Position numbers and translations under genes: made by a program
NCBI GenBank assembly: GCA_044229975.1
Contig: JBGARZ010000005.1
Location: forward strand, 128,001 to 192,000
Direction of reading: 5' to 3'
Source of the DNA: Polyangiales bacterium
GTDB lineage: Bacteria; Myxococcota_A; Polyangia; Polyangiales; Ga0077539
DNA: 64,000 bases
Shown here: piece after piece, positions 51,200-60,976 of the stretch
How positions within the stretch are numbered: position 1 is the stretch's first letter
Layout of the letters: the number at the start of each line of letters is the position of its first letter
Notes under the pieces: generated by a model
Database searches by the model: none
What the model saw: the letters and a program-made list of their open reading frames with translations, nothing else
Told to the model about the DNA's origin: nothing

Positions 51200-51823
51200 C
51201 TACGCGCTGCCAGCAGCGCGCAAGGTTTCACCCGCGGTCCAGAGGTCGGCCAATGCCTCCGTCGCGAGCGTCACGCGGTCGATGCCCCGCTCGGCCTCCA
51301 GCACCCGCTGGCGCATCGCCGGGTCGATGATGAAGCGGTCGACCAGCCGCAGCGCCAGCCGCGACGACGGGAGCTCCGTCGGCACCACGTACTCGAACTG
51401 CGGCCGCGTCTCCCGCACCACCCGCATCACCGCCGACAGCGTCGCCATCATCGCGAGGCGCTCGACCGACGGCACCTCGGCGTCATCGGGCTCCAGCATC
51501 GCCGTCGCCTTCACCCGCCGATAGGGCGGAACAAACTCCAGCTCCTCCAACGTCACCCGCACCATCCCCTCCACCAGGATGTTGAAGCGCCCGTCCGGGA
51601 GCTGCTGGTTGGCCACGATGCGCCCCGCCGTCGCGATGTTCGCAAAGGCCGGGTGCTCCTCCGCGGGGTCGCCCACGATGGGCGCCACCACCAGCCAGCC
51701 GTGCGTCGAGAGCGAGTCGCGCACCATCGCCCGGTACCGCGGCTCGAAGATGTGCAGCGGCATCCGCTGGTCGGGCAGCAGCACCACCCCGGGCAACGGA
51801 AACACCGGAACGGCCTCCAACAT
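51200..51823 (-). CDS. LON peptidase substrate-binding domain protein
   Basis: PVFPLPGVVLLP...PLHIFEPRYRAMV, LPDGRFNI. Confidence 0.9.
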   Translation of the reverse strand: MLEAVPVFPLPGVVLLPDQRMPLHIFEPRYRAMVRDSLSTHGWLVVAPIVGDPAEEHPAFANIATAGRIVANQQLPDGRFNILVEGMVRVTLEELEFVPPYRRVKATAMLEPDDAEVPSVERLAMMATLSAVMRVVRETRPQFEYVVPTELPSSRLALRLVDRFIIDPAMRQRVLEAERGIDRVTLATEALADLWTAGETLRAAGSA

Positions 51824-51825
51824 CG

Positions 51826-52401
51826 CTACCCCCGCCCCATCGCGACCGAGTCGAGAAACTCCCGCCGCCCCGCCGCGTCGTCCACCCACTGCCCCGCCCA
51901 CGACTGCGTCACCAGCACCGACTCCACCTGCCGCTCACCGCGCAGCGTCAGGCACGCGTGCCGACCCTCCAGCACCACGCCCGCCGCCCGCGCCCCGAGG
52001 TGCGTGACCAGCGCCTCGACCACCTGCCGACCGAGCGTCTCCTGCAACACCAGCCGGTGCGCGAAGCACTCCACCAGTTGCACCAACGCACCGAGGCCGA
52101 CGATGCGACCGCCCGGCAGGTACCCGAGATGCGCCCGCCCCGCGCACGGCAACAGGTGGTGCGGGCACATGGTCACGAAGGAGATGCTCGTGAGCACCAC
52201 CATCGTCTTCTCGTCCGACGGCAACGACTCGGCGAGCACCACATCGGGCGAGCGCCGATAGCCGTCGAGCAGCTCGTCATGCCACGCGCGGGCCGTGCGT
52301 TCGGGTGCGCCCGAGAGCTCCGCATCGTCGTCCAACGGAACACCCAGAGACCGGAGGAAGGTTCGCAGCGCCTGCGCCGCCTCGTCGATGGTGTCGGCCA
52401 T
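51826..52401 (-). CDS. folE: GTP cyclohydrolase I
   Basis: PERTARAW, MCPHHLLP, GYLP, RLVLQE, HACLTLRG. Confidence 0.9.
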   Translation of the reverse strand: MADTIDEAAQALRTFLRSLGVPLDDDAELSGAPERTARAWHDELLDGYRRSPDVVLAESLPSDEKTMVVLTSISFVTMCPHHLLPCAGRAHLGYLPGGRIVGLGALVQLVECFAHRLVLQETLGRQVVEALVTHLGARAAGVVLEGRHACLTLRGERQVESVLVTQSWAGQWVDDAAGRREFLDSVAMGRG

Positions 52402-52616
52402 GTGCAGGGCTCTCTCGGAGAAGAACGATCGGGGTCGTCGCGACACCCGAAAGCCCCTGTTGGATGCCGCAAGTGCCCGTCGGCCGCAACCTTCGTCCCC
52501 CGTCGCACGACAGGGCCCGCCGCGCCGCCGATGCAGTGACCCCCACGCGCGGTTGCGGGGATGGTTCCCCGAGACGTAGCGTGGGTGGCGGAGCGCGAGA
52601 GAAGGACACCGTCCCC

Positions 52617-52958
52617 GTGAGCAACATCAAACCCACTGGCAGCACCGCAACGGGCGCCGTCGACCCCCTCGGCGACGCCGCTCCCGCCGCACCGACCAAC
52701 GCCGCCGCGCCCACCACCAGCACCACCGCCACCACCGCCGCGACAGCCCCCTCCGAGGCTGTCATCAGCGCGCTCCGCGAGGGCAAGGTCACCCCCGACG
52801 AAGCCGTGCGTCAGCTCACCACCCTCGCCCTCCAGCGGGCGGGCGTTCCCGATGCGATGCGCCCGCAGATCGAGGCCCGCATGCGCGAACTCCTCGGCAA
52901 CGATCCCACCCTCGGCGGGCTCCTCCGCCGCATGGGCGCGACCGTCCCCGAGGAGTAG
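52617..52958 (+). CDS. Small hypothetical protein with Ala/Thr-rich N-terminus and helical C-terminus
   Basis: AAGGA RBS, GTG start, good codon bias. Confidence 0.6.
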   Translation: MSNIKPTGSTATGAVDPLGDAAPAAPTNAAAPTTSTTATTAATAPSEAVISALREGKVTPDEAVRQLTTLALQRAGVPDAMRPQIEARMRELLGNDPTLGGLLRRMGATVPEE

Positions 52959-52968
52959 GTCCGCCCCC

Positions 52969-53565
52969 TCAGTTGTCCCGCTCGCCGGGCGGGTCGAGCA
53001 CCGCGCGGTACATCTCCGCGGTGAACTTCACCTGCCCCGGAAACTCCCTGTCGGCCCCGCCCATCAGCCGGTCGACCACGCTCTCCAGCACATCAAAGCG
53101 CGTCGCCAGCAGGTGGTACTGGTCTTCCGGGAGCGTCCCCAGGACTTCGAGCGCGCTGCGCAGGTGGCCGAGCTCTTCGTTGCTCACGCCGTAGCCCGCG
53201 CCGCCCTCCACCACCTCGCGCCCGTCGATGGCTTCGAGCGCGAAGGCCACCGGGTTGAAGTGCAGGAAGCAGCTCTCGAACTCCACCCGCCACGCCGCGT
53301 GGTCGGACTCCGGAGCGCGCCAACGGGCCGGGTAGACCCGTCGAACCACCTCGCCGAAGTAGGCACCCGCCGCGGGCGCCACGAGGCCGCGGATGTGCGG
53401 CTCGTGGGTGCCGACGTTGTGCAGGTAGTGGTCGAGCAGCGGCAGCGTGTCGCCGGTGAAGTCGAGCAGCACGCCGGTCGCGCGCTCGACGAACTGAACG
53501 CACGCCACGGCCAGGTCGCGGACGTGCTCGGGTGTGCCCTCGGGGCGGAAGTCCCTGAAATCCAT
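52969..53565 (-). CDS. Hypothetical protein (DUF3806-like motif)
   Basis: LDFTGDTLPLLDHYL...GAYFGEVVRR. Confidence 0.7.
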   Translation of the reverse strand: MDFRDFRPEGTPEHVRDLAVACVQFVERATGVLLDFTGDTLPLLDHYLHNVGTHEPHIRGLVAPAAGAYFGEVVRRVYPARWRAPESDHAAWRVEFESCFLHFNPVAFALEAIDGREVVEGGAGYGVSNEELGHLRSALEVLGTLPEDQYHLLATRFDVLESVVDRLMGGADREFPGQVKFTAEMYRAVLDPPGERDN

Positions 53566-53651
53566 AGGCGGGGGCACATACGACGCCCAACACGCGATCG
53601 CCAAGGCCCCCGGCGACGTGATACGCAGGCGGCTCTTCTGGAGGGTCTTGC

Positions 53652-56105
53652 ATGGTCGCGCGTAGCTTCTCCCTGGCGGATCCACCGTACACGGGCACCC
53701 TGGGTTCGACCCGGCGTGAAGTCGTCTTCGTCCCCACGCAGGAGGGCGGCGCGCGTCGCGTCGAGATCCTCCGGGGGGTCAACGCCGCCACCGATCCGCC
53801 CCTCGCGCGGCAGGCGCTCGACGGCACCCTGCACCGCCACGCCGACCACGACCTCGCGGTCCCCTTTGTCTTCCACGACCCGGCGGCGCGGCGCTTCGCG
53901 CTGGTCATCCCGCCGGGGCTCGCCCACCAGGAGCTGAGCCTCCGCGGCGACCTCCTCGCCCGCCTCGCGGGTGACACCAGCGAACCCATCCCGGCGTACG
54001 TCCGCGAAGCGCGCGTGGTGCTCGGCGCCGCCGGGCTGCGCGCCTGGCTCGACACCCCCGACGAGCGATCGGCTCGTGAAGACCTCTCGGTCCGCGAAGA
54101 GCGCCTGCGACGCCGCGCCGAAGACGTCACCCGCCGCGAGAGCGACGCCCAGCTCCTGGAGGAGGCCCTCGTCGCCCGCGAAGAGGCCGTCGCCCAGGAA
54201 GAGCTGGCGATGCGCGCGAACATGTCCGCGCTCGCCGCCCGCGAGGCCGTGCTGCGCGCGAGAGAAGAGGCCGCGGCGGGTGCCGACGGCGGTGGCGTCC
54301 CGGAGGTCGAGGCGCCCATCGCGCTGGAGCCCGAGCCCGCGGCCCCCATCGCCGACGCCGAGGCGAGCGAAGACAGCATGGAGCTGGAGCCCGACGAGCT
54401 CACCGGGCGCCTCTCGCTGGCGCGATCCGAGGCGGTGGACTCGGCCGAGATCGAGCCCGAACCCGATGAGCCCGCGCCCGAGTCGGTGGAGCCCGCGCCC
54501 GACCCCGAGCCCGCTGCGCCAGAGCCTCTCGCGGCGCCGCAGCGCAACACCGCCCCGTGGGCGGCCGTGGTCGACGGCGACGTTCGCCTGTGGTGCCCGG
54601 GGAGCGTCGAGACCTCCGCGGCCCTCAGCGCCGACGACGTGGCGCTGCGCCTCCAGGTGGCCGCCGACGGAACACAGCCCCTCGCCCTGCTCACGCTCCA
54701 GCGCTCGCGCCCGGCCTCGTCGCTCGCGCGCGTGGTGCTCGACCTCCAGAGCCCCGAAGATCGCGGCGTCATCGAGTCGCTGGGGCGCATCTTCCGGGTG
54801 CGCGTCGAGGTGGTGAGCCACGCCGGGCGCTCCATCGCGAGCCACGTGCTGGGCGCGCCGTGCGAGCCCGTGGCGCAGCGCGCGCTGGAGGTGCTGGCCG
54901 CGCGCAGCTTCGTCGACGAGGCGGCCGACGAAGAGGCCGCGCGCATGCTGGCCGACGGGGTGACGAGCGAGGTCGCGGCCGAGGCGGCGGTGCCCGACGA
55001 CGAGCGCGACCTGATGACGGCGGCGGGCGTGACGCGCGCCCTGGAGGCGTACGCGCCGCTGCTCGAAGCGGGCGCCGTCGCGCGCACGTCGCTGACGACG
55101 GGCGTCCCGGTGGCGCACATCGAGGCGTCGGCCAAGCGGCTGGTGCTGGCGGCCCTGCGGGTCGGAGCGTCGCTGCCGCGTCCCTTCGTCGAGCGCGCGC
55201 TCCGGGCGGGCGTGGCGCCCGACGAGGCGATGCTGGTCGCGCGGGCGATGCAGGCGTACCGGCGCTCGGTCGACGCGGGCATCGCGACCATCGGGCGACA
55301 GCGGGCCGACGCCTCGGTGGCGTGGGGGCCGCTGCTCGAACGGGCACGGGCGCTGGAGGTTCCGATCGACGCGACCATCCGCGCGGCCGTCGCAGCGGTG
55401 TGGGACCCCGACGATGAAAGCTCCGTCGCGCCGCCCGACGACCGCAAGGCCCCTTCGTCCATCGCCGCGATGGACCTCGGTGAGCGCCTCAGCTGGATCA
55501 CGCACCCGACCGTCCGCTGGGACGTCGCGCGCTCGCTGGCGGGCAACGACGCGCCCGGCCACATCCCGGCGCTGCGCCTCGCCTTCCACCGCCTGCCCGC
55601 CGCGGACTGCGTGAAGCTCGCGGCCGAGCTCACGGCCCACGGCGACGCCCTGGCCGACCTCTGGGTCGAGCTGCTCTCCTCGTCGCGGCCCGCGCTCGTG
55701 GGCGTGGCGGCGACGGTGGCGAGCGCGCTGCACCTGCGCCGGGCGCTCTCGCCGCTGGTGCAGCGGGCGCTGTCGCCCACCGAAGAGGCGTGGCGGCTCA
55801 TGGGCTGGGCGGCGGGCGGCTTCGGTCCCGCGCTGGTGAAGGCGGTGAGCCGGCTGGAGGGCGTTCAGGTCGAGCGGCTGGCCTGGACGCTGGCGCACGC
55901 CGTGGCGCAGGGCGGGGCCAAGGAGATGGAGCGCTCGCGGCAGGGCTCCGACCCGGCCTTCGAGCAGGCCGCGACGCGGGCTTTGTCGCTGCAGGAGGAG
56001 GTTCAGCGCTGGACGGCGGCGCTGCGCGAGGGCAACGGCGAGACGCCGACCGAGCGCGCGGTGGCCCCGTTGCTGTCTCGGACAGGAGAGTTCGCCCTTC
56101 GCTAG
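53652..56105 (+). CDS. Large hypothetical protein: CpXC-like N-domain, coiled coil, acidic Pro linker, helical repeats
   Basis: 817-aa ORF; VNAATDPPL..LDGTL..PFVFHDP; EE/RR coiled coil; EPEP linker. Confidence 0.7.
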   Translation: MVARSFSLADPPYTGTLGSTRREVVFVPTQEGGARRVEILRGVNAATDPPLARQALDGTLHRHADHDLAVPFVFHDPAARRFALVIPPGLAHQELSLRGDLLARLAGDTSEPIPAYVREARVVLGAAGLRAWLDTPDERSAREDLSVREERLRRRAEDVTRRESDAQLLEEALVAREEAVAQEELAMRANMSALAAREAVLRAREEAAAGADGGGVPEVEAPIALEPEPAAPIADAEASEDSMELEPDELTGRLSLARSEAVDSAEIEPEPDEPAPESVEPAPDPEPAAPEPLAAPQRNTAPWAAVVDGDVRLWCPGSVETSAALSADDVALRLQVAADGTQPLALLTLQRSRPASSLARVVLDLQSPEDRGVIESLGRIFRVRVEVVSHAGRSIASHVLGAPCEPVAQRALEVLAARSFVDEAADEEAARMLADGVTSEVAAEAAVPDDERDLMTAAGVTRALEAYAPLLEAGAVARTSLTTGVPVAHIEASAKRLVLAALRVGASLPRPFVERALRAGVAPDEAMLVARAMQAYRRSVDAGIATIGRQRADASVAWGPLLERARALEVPIDATIRAAVAAVWDPDDESSVAPPDDRKAPSSIAAMDLGERLSWITHPTVRWDVARSLAGNDAPGHIPALRLAFHRLPAADCVKLAAELTAHGDALADLWVELLSSSRPALVGVAATVASALHLRRALSPLVQRALSPTEEAWRLMGWAAGGFGPALVKAVSRLEGVQVERLAWTLAHAVAQGGAKEMERSRQGSDPAFEQAATRALSLQEEVQRWTAALREGNGETPTERAVAPLLSRTGEFALR

Positions 56106-56156
56106 TCGGTCGTGGACACCGACGCCCCCTCTCTCTAGGATCGCGCTCCCGACTCA

Positions 56157-56900
56157 ATGCGCATTGGCATCTTCAGTGACGTCCACGCCAACATCGAGGC
56201 GCTCTCCGCCGTGGTGGAGGCGCTGCGGCGCGAGTCTCCCGACGTGATGTACTGCCTCGGCGACGTGGTGGGCTACGGCGCGTCACCCAACGAGTGCGCC
56301 GACCTGGTGCGCAGCGTCGCGAAGGTCACCATCCTCGGCAACCACGACGCGGCCGTCTCGGGCCGCATGGATTACAGCTACTACTACGAGGCCGCGCGGC
56401 GGGCGCTCGACCTGCACGTCTCGCTGCTCAGCGCGGAAAACCTCTCGTGGCTCCGCGCGCTGCCCTACAAGCACGTCGTCGAAGACACGGGCGTCCACCT
56501 CTGCCACGGCTCGCCCGTCCGGCTGGAGGAGTTCGACTACATCTTCTCGCCGGAGCAGGCGCGCGACTGCCTCTCCATCTACCCCGAGCTCGGTCACCTC
56601 ACGCTCATCGGGCACTCGCACCTGTGCAAGGCCTTCGAGTTCACGGGCGACGACGTCATCGAGCTACAGGGCCCGCCCCGCACCATCGACCTGCGCCCCG
56701 ACCGCAAGTACATCGTCTCCGTCGGCAGCGTCGGTCAGCCGCGCGACTACGACAACCGCGCCAGCTACGTCATCTACGACACCGACGCGAAGCGCTTCGA
56801 GTTTCGCCGCGTCGAGTACGACATCGAGGGCGCCGCGCAGAAGATCTTCGACGCCCGCCTCGAGCGTAACTTCGGGCACCGCCTCTTCATCGGCGTCTGA
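56157..56900 (+). CDS. Calcineurin-like metallophosphoesterase
   Basis: SDVHAN, LGDVVGYG, GNHD, CHGSP, GHSH, GSVGQPRD. Confidence 0.95.
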   Translation: MRIGIFSDVHANIEALSAVVEALRRESPDVMYCLGDVVGYGASPNECADLVRSVAKVTILGNHDAAVSGRMDYSYYYEAARRALDLHVSLLSAENLSWLRALPYKHVVEDTGVHLCHGSPVRLEEFDYIFSPEQARDCLSIYPELGHLTLIGHSHLCKAFEFTGDDVIELQGPPRTIDLRPDRKYIVSVGSVGQPRDYDNRASYVIYDTDAKRFEFRRVEYDIEGAAQKIFDARLERNFGHRLFIGV

Positions 56901-56903
56901 CGG

Positions 56904-57569
56904 CTACCGCGGTGTCGTGCCGCGGCTCCAGCCGAAGCTGGCGCCGATGGAGACGGTGGTCGCGTTGAGCTGCGAGAAGGGGTCGTGCCCCACTGCGACG
57001 TCGAGCTCCATCCAGCGAAAGGGCCGCCACTGCGCGCCGACGTCGAGGGCGTAGAGCCCGTCGATGCCACGGTACTCGGCGTTTTCGGTGCGGTGCGTGA
57101 CGTTGACGATCATCGCGCCGACGCGCAGCCCGGCGTTGAGCACCACGGGGCCGAGGCGCAGCCGCGGGCCGGCGCTCATCCAGGCCAGGGTGGTGAAGCG
57201 AGCGCGGTAGTTCATCGCGTCGAGGCCGGCGGTCACCTCGGGAAACTCGTAGATGTCCGCGCCGACGCGCACATAGAACCAGCGCGCGTCGAAGGCGATG
57301 CCCGCCGAGATGCCGCCGAGGCCCATCCCGTCCCACCCGAGAAACTTCCCGTCGAAGCGCGGCAGGCGCATGGACCCGCTGCGCACCCGGCGGTCTTGCC
57401 CCTCGAAGCTCATCGAGCCGAGGTTGAGGTGCGAGTAGACGAGGCCGATGCGCGCGTAGATGCCGGTGCCGCTCGGGTCGACGCTGGTCTGGGCGTGCGA
57501 CGACCGGGGCACGAGCGACGACACGCCGAGGGCGATCATCGTGAGTCCGATCTGCGCTGCACGTCCCAT
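56904..57569 (-). CDS. Putative outer-membrane beta-barrel protein
   Basis: Signal peptide; amphipathic strands with aromatic residues; start uncertain. Confidence 0.65.
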   Translation of the reverse strand: MGRAAQIGLTMIALGVSSLVPRSSHAQTSVDPSGTGIYARIGLVYSHLNLGSMSFEGQDRRVRSGSMRLPRFDGKFLGWDGMGLGGISAGIAFDARWFYVRVGADIYEFPEVTAGLDAMNYRARFTTLAWMSAGPRLRLGPVVLNAGLRVGAMIVNVTHRTENAEYRGIDGLYALDVGAQWRPFRWMELDVAVGHDPFSQLNATTVSIGASFGWSRGTTPR

Positions 57570-57691
57570 CTGTGGCGGTGCCCTCAGCAACGGATGTTCC
57601 GCCCGTCCCGACGTGGGTTTCAAGCGGTGAAGCCGTGGTTTTCGCATGGCTCCTGCGCTGGCCGTGGTGGCCACCCGAGGCGCCACCCCCG

Positions 57692-58132
57692 TTAGAGGTG
57701 ACCGCGCTGCGAGCGGGACTTCACCGTGAGCACCGAACACGGAGCGTTGCGGACGACCGCCTCGGCGACGCTCCCGAGGAAGAGCCGGTCGAGCCCGCGG
57801 CGACCGTGGGTGCCCACGATGACGGCGTCGGCGTGGATGGCCACCGCGTGGTCGACGATGGTGTCGGCGGGAGAGCTCCCCGGCTGCGCCGAGAACTGCA
57901 ACCGCACACCGTCCGTCGGCGGGTGCGCGGCGCGCTCGGTCTCGACCATGCGGCGCAGCTCGTCACAGGCGTGCTCGAAGGTGCCGAGGGAGGTGAGCTC
58001 GTCGTCGCCCGGCGCCACCACGGTCATGATGTGCAGCTCGGCCGGCGCGGCGCGGGCGGCGACCTCGAGGGCGGTGTGCAGGGCGGACCGGGACGAGTCC
58101 TTGAAGTCCAGCGCGACGAGGAAGCGCAGCAT
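57692..58132 (-). CDS. Universal stress protein
   Basis: [36 protein letters not shown]. Confidence 0.95.
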   Translation of the reverse strand: MLRFLVALDFKDSSRSALHTALEVAARAAPAELHIMTVVAPGDDELTSLGTFEHACDELRRMVETERAAHPPTDGVRLQFSAQPGSSPADTIVDHAVAIHADAVIVGTHGRRGLDRLFLGSVAEAVVRNAPCSVLTVKSRSQRGHL

Positions 58133-58191
58133 CGGTGTGGCGTGATTTCGGGGGAAGCGGAGGAGAGAGGGAGGGCCGTGAGGCGGAGCGG

Positions 58192-58371
58192 TCAGGCCGA
58201 CTTCTCGGAGGGAGGCGGCGGGGCGGCGGGGTCGTTGTTTTCCCGCAGGCCGCGCTTGAAGTTGGAGATGCCCTCGCCCAGGCCGCGGCCGAGCTGAGGA
58301 ATCTTCGCGGCGCCGAAGATCAGCACCACCAGCAGCAGGATGACGATCAGCTCAGTTGGTCCAAGTCCCAT
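58192..58371 (-). CDS. tatA: Twin-arginine translocase subunit TatA/E
   Basis: MGLGPTELIVILLLVVLIFGAAKIPQLGRGLGEGISNFKRG. Confidence 0.95.
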   Translation of the reverse strand: MGLGPTELIVILLLVVLIFGAAKIPQLGRGLGEGISNFKRGLRENNDPAAPPPPSEKSA

Positions 58372-58408
58372 GGTGGTACTCCGTGTCTCGAAAGGGGGTT
58401 TTCGGGTT

Positions 58409-59191
58409 CTACACCCCGGAGCGCGCGGCGGGCAACTCGACGCACCGGGCCACGTCGTCGAGGTCAACCCGGACAAGGCGCACGGTGAGCGTAGAAACCT
58501 TCGCGGCGACAGCGACGCGGTGGCGAGCGCCGAGGTCGACGCGATGAAAGCGCCAGCACATCGGGTCATCGTCGAGCGTCGGCGCAAACGCGATGCGCAC
58601 CGGGTCGTCGTCGGGCTCGAAGGAGAAGTCCCCGAGCGGAATGGCGAGGCCCATCCCGCGCGCCTTGATGTACGCCTCCTTGAGGGTCCAGAGCGCCAGG
58701 AAGCGGTCGTGGTGCTGCGACGTCGGAAGCGCGCGCAGGGCCGACGCCTCGCTCGCGGAGAAGAAGCGATCGACGATGGGGAGCACGTCGATGGTGCGCG
58801 CCAGCGGCTCGACATCGACGCCCACGAGGGGGTCGCGACCGAGGGCGAGCACGATCATCCCGCGGGTGTGCGAGAGGTTGAAGTAGGTCACCACCGGAGC
58901 CTCCGGCGCGTCGACGGAGGGGCGACCGTACTCGTTCACGGCGAAGCGCCACGCGCGCGGATCGACCGGCGACCACGACGAGAGCGCGGCCCGCACGAGC
59001 GCCCGCGCGCCGAGGTACTCACCCGCCGCGCCCTCGTGGCGGAAGCGATCGTGACGGGCGAGCTCGTCTTCCGGCAGCGCCGACCGCAGCCGCGCCACGA
59101 GCTCCGTCGGAAGCGCCCGGGGAATCTCGACGTGGCAGAGAAGCACCTCGCCGTGCGGCGGCGGCGCGTCGGTGGGGAGCAGCGGGCTCAC
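58409..59191 (-). CDS. Sfp-type 4'-phosphopantetheinyl transferase
   Basis: YGRP, FNLSHT, VGVDVE, WTLKEAYIKARGMGL. Confidence 0.94.
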   Translation of the reverse strand: MSPLLPTDAPPPHGEVLLCHVEIPRALPTELVARLRSALPEDELARHDRFRHEGAAGEYLGARALVRAALSSWSPVDPRAWRFAVNEYGRPSVDAPEAPVVTYFNLSHTRGMIVLALGRDPLVGVDVEPLARTIDVLPIVDRFFSASEASALRALPTSQHHDRFLALWTLKEAYIKARGMGLAIPLGDFSFEPDDDPVRIAFAPTLDDDPMCWRFHRVDLGARHRVAVAAKVSTLTVRLVRVDLDDVARCVELPAARSGV

Positions 59192-60822
59192 GGCGCGCAG
59201 TCGAGGGTGACCGACCGCAGCGCGGGCGTGCTGGTGCCATCGCCCGTGAAGGAGGCGAGCACCTGCACGCGGCGAACGCCGTCACCGAGCGCGATGGTGC
59301 GGCCCGTGGTGGGCGTGCTCCACGCGGTCCAGGTGTTGGGTGTGGCGTCGCGCTCGAAGCGCACCTGGAGGGTGATGCCGTCGCCGTCGGCGTCCCAGCG
59401 CAGCGACTGTGCGCGACCGCTCGCGGGCGTCAGCGGGCCGGAGAGCCAGTGGCCGACGCGGGCGCGACCGGTGGTGGCGACGGCGGCGGAGCGCCACACC
59501 TCGCGGGGGAAGGTGTTGTTGCGATCGGCGGTCTCGGCGTCGATGCACGACGTGCGACCACCGAGCACCCAGAGCTGGCCGAGGTGGTCGACGCGCATCA
59601 CCTGATCGCTGCGCACACGTGGCAGCGTGACGCCCGCGGCGGTCTCCCAGGGACCGAGCGTTCCGTCGGGGAGGAGCGTCGCCCACCAGACGCCGTCGTA
59701 GTTGTCGCCGCCCGCGTCGCCGCAGCGCGAACGACCGCCCGCGCGACCGCCCGCCATCACCACGCGGCCACCGGTGATCACCGCCTTCTGGTCGTAGTTG
59801 CGCACCGGGAGCATGCCCGCGAGGCGCCAAGCCGAGAGCGTCCCGTCGGGCTGCACGTCGGCCACGAACATCCGCTGCTCGATGTTGGCGATGGTCTCGC
59901 AGTCCTTGCGTCGGCAGCCGCCGAAGGCCCACACCCGCTGCGCCGTCGCGGCCCCGGCGAGAAACTGGTTTACCCCGTCGGGTAATGGTGTGGTGCGGCG
60001 CCAGGGGCCGAGCGTCCCGTCGGGGAGGATGGTGGCGACGGAGACGTCGTCCGTGGCGAGGTCTCCGTCGTCGCCGCCGAGCGTGTAGAGGAAGCCCGCG
60101 GCGATGACCGACTCGTGCCCCATGCGACGAACCGGGTTGTCGGGCGCGGTGTCCCAGGCCGCGATGTCGCCGCCAACGGGGGTGGCGATGCGGGTGGCGA
60201 CGAGCTGGCGGACGTTGTCGCCGCCGAGGTCTTCGGCGCCGCCGGTCAGGTACGCGCGACCGGCGTGGGCGACGATGATGTGGTCGAGCAGGGCGAGCGG
60301 GTACGGGGTGCGGGCCGTCCAGGGGCCGAGGGTTCCGTCGGCGGAGAGCGGCGCGGCGAGGAGCTCGGTGGAGGTGTGCGTGGCGTCGGTCTGACCGCCG
60401 AGGAGGTACCACCACCCGCCCATGACGAAGCCGTCGGCGTCGAGGGCGCCGCGCGGGAGGGCGCGGTCTTCGACGAAGGGTCCAGGGCGCGTGGCGGGTG
60501 CGAGCACGAGGCCGCCGCGGGCGGAGTCGAAGACGAGCGACTGGGCCTCGGCGGGGCCGAGCGCGCGGCCGGGGTCGGGCAGGAGGTTGGCGCCGCGCAG
60601 TTCGAAGCAGCCGGGAGGGCCTGCGTCGACAGAGACGTCGGGCACGTCGCGAGCGGACGCGTCGGGCGATGGTACGTCGACGAACGATCGGTCTTCGGCG
60701 GGCGCGTCGACGGGATTACCGAGGTCGGTAAGCGGGGCGTCGGGCGCGGCGTCGGCGGGCGCGAGCGTCGAGCGGCACGCGGAGACCATGACGAGGAGGA
60801 GCGCGGGGGCGATGCGCGGCAT
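59188..60822 (-). CDS. Kelch-like repeat lipoprotein
   Basis: Lipobox VSAC; repeated YLxGG...PDGTLGPW blades. Confidence 0.8.
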   Translation of the reverse strand: MPRIAPALLLVMVSACRSTLAPADAAPDAPLTDLGNPVDAPAEDRSFVDVPSPDASARDVPDVSVDAGPPGCFELRGANLLPDPGRALGPAEAQSLVFDSARGGLVLAPATRPGPFVEDRALPRGALDADGFVMGGWWYLLGGQTDATHTSTELLAAPLSADGTLGPWTARTPYPLALLDHIIVAHAGRAYLTGGAEDLGGDNVRQLVATRIATPVGGDIAAWDTAPDNPVRRMGHESVIAAGFLYTLGGDDGDLATDDVSVATILPDGTLGPWRRTTPLPDGVNQFLAGAATAQRVWAFGGCRRKDCETIANIEQRMFVADVQPDGTLSAWRLAGMLPVRNYDQKAVITGGRVVMAGGRAGGRSRCGDAGGDNYDGVWWATLLPDGTLGPWETAAGVTLPRVRSDQVMRVDHLGQLWVLGGRTSCIDAETADRNNTFPREVWRSAAVATTGRARVGHWLSGPLTPASGRAQSLRWDADGDGITLQVRFERDATPNTWTAWSTPTTGRTIALGDGVRRVQVLASFTGDGTSTPALRSVTLDCAP

Positions 60823-60976
60823 CGCGTGAGACTACGACCGGACGAGGGTCGGGGCGGAGATCGCGTGACAGCGCGGCGAAGGGCTTGACGGGGGGGGGCG
60901 CTTGCCCACAATCGCGCCGCCCGCGGGGGTCCCACCTATTCGGGACCGCAGCTCTCGCGGCGCGGAGGTCGTTTCA

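Noticed and set aside
52508..52534. GCCGATGC -10-like box before the small 52617 gene (FlgM-like idea)
   Set aside because: No TAAA/TCAA -35 at 15-16 nt spacing, and the protein has no recognisable FlgM motif.
58409..59191. Sfp-type PPTase as marker of an NRPS/PKS cluster
   Set aside because: No carrier-protein, KS or adenylation genes are present in the window.
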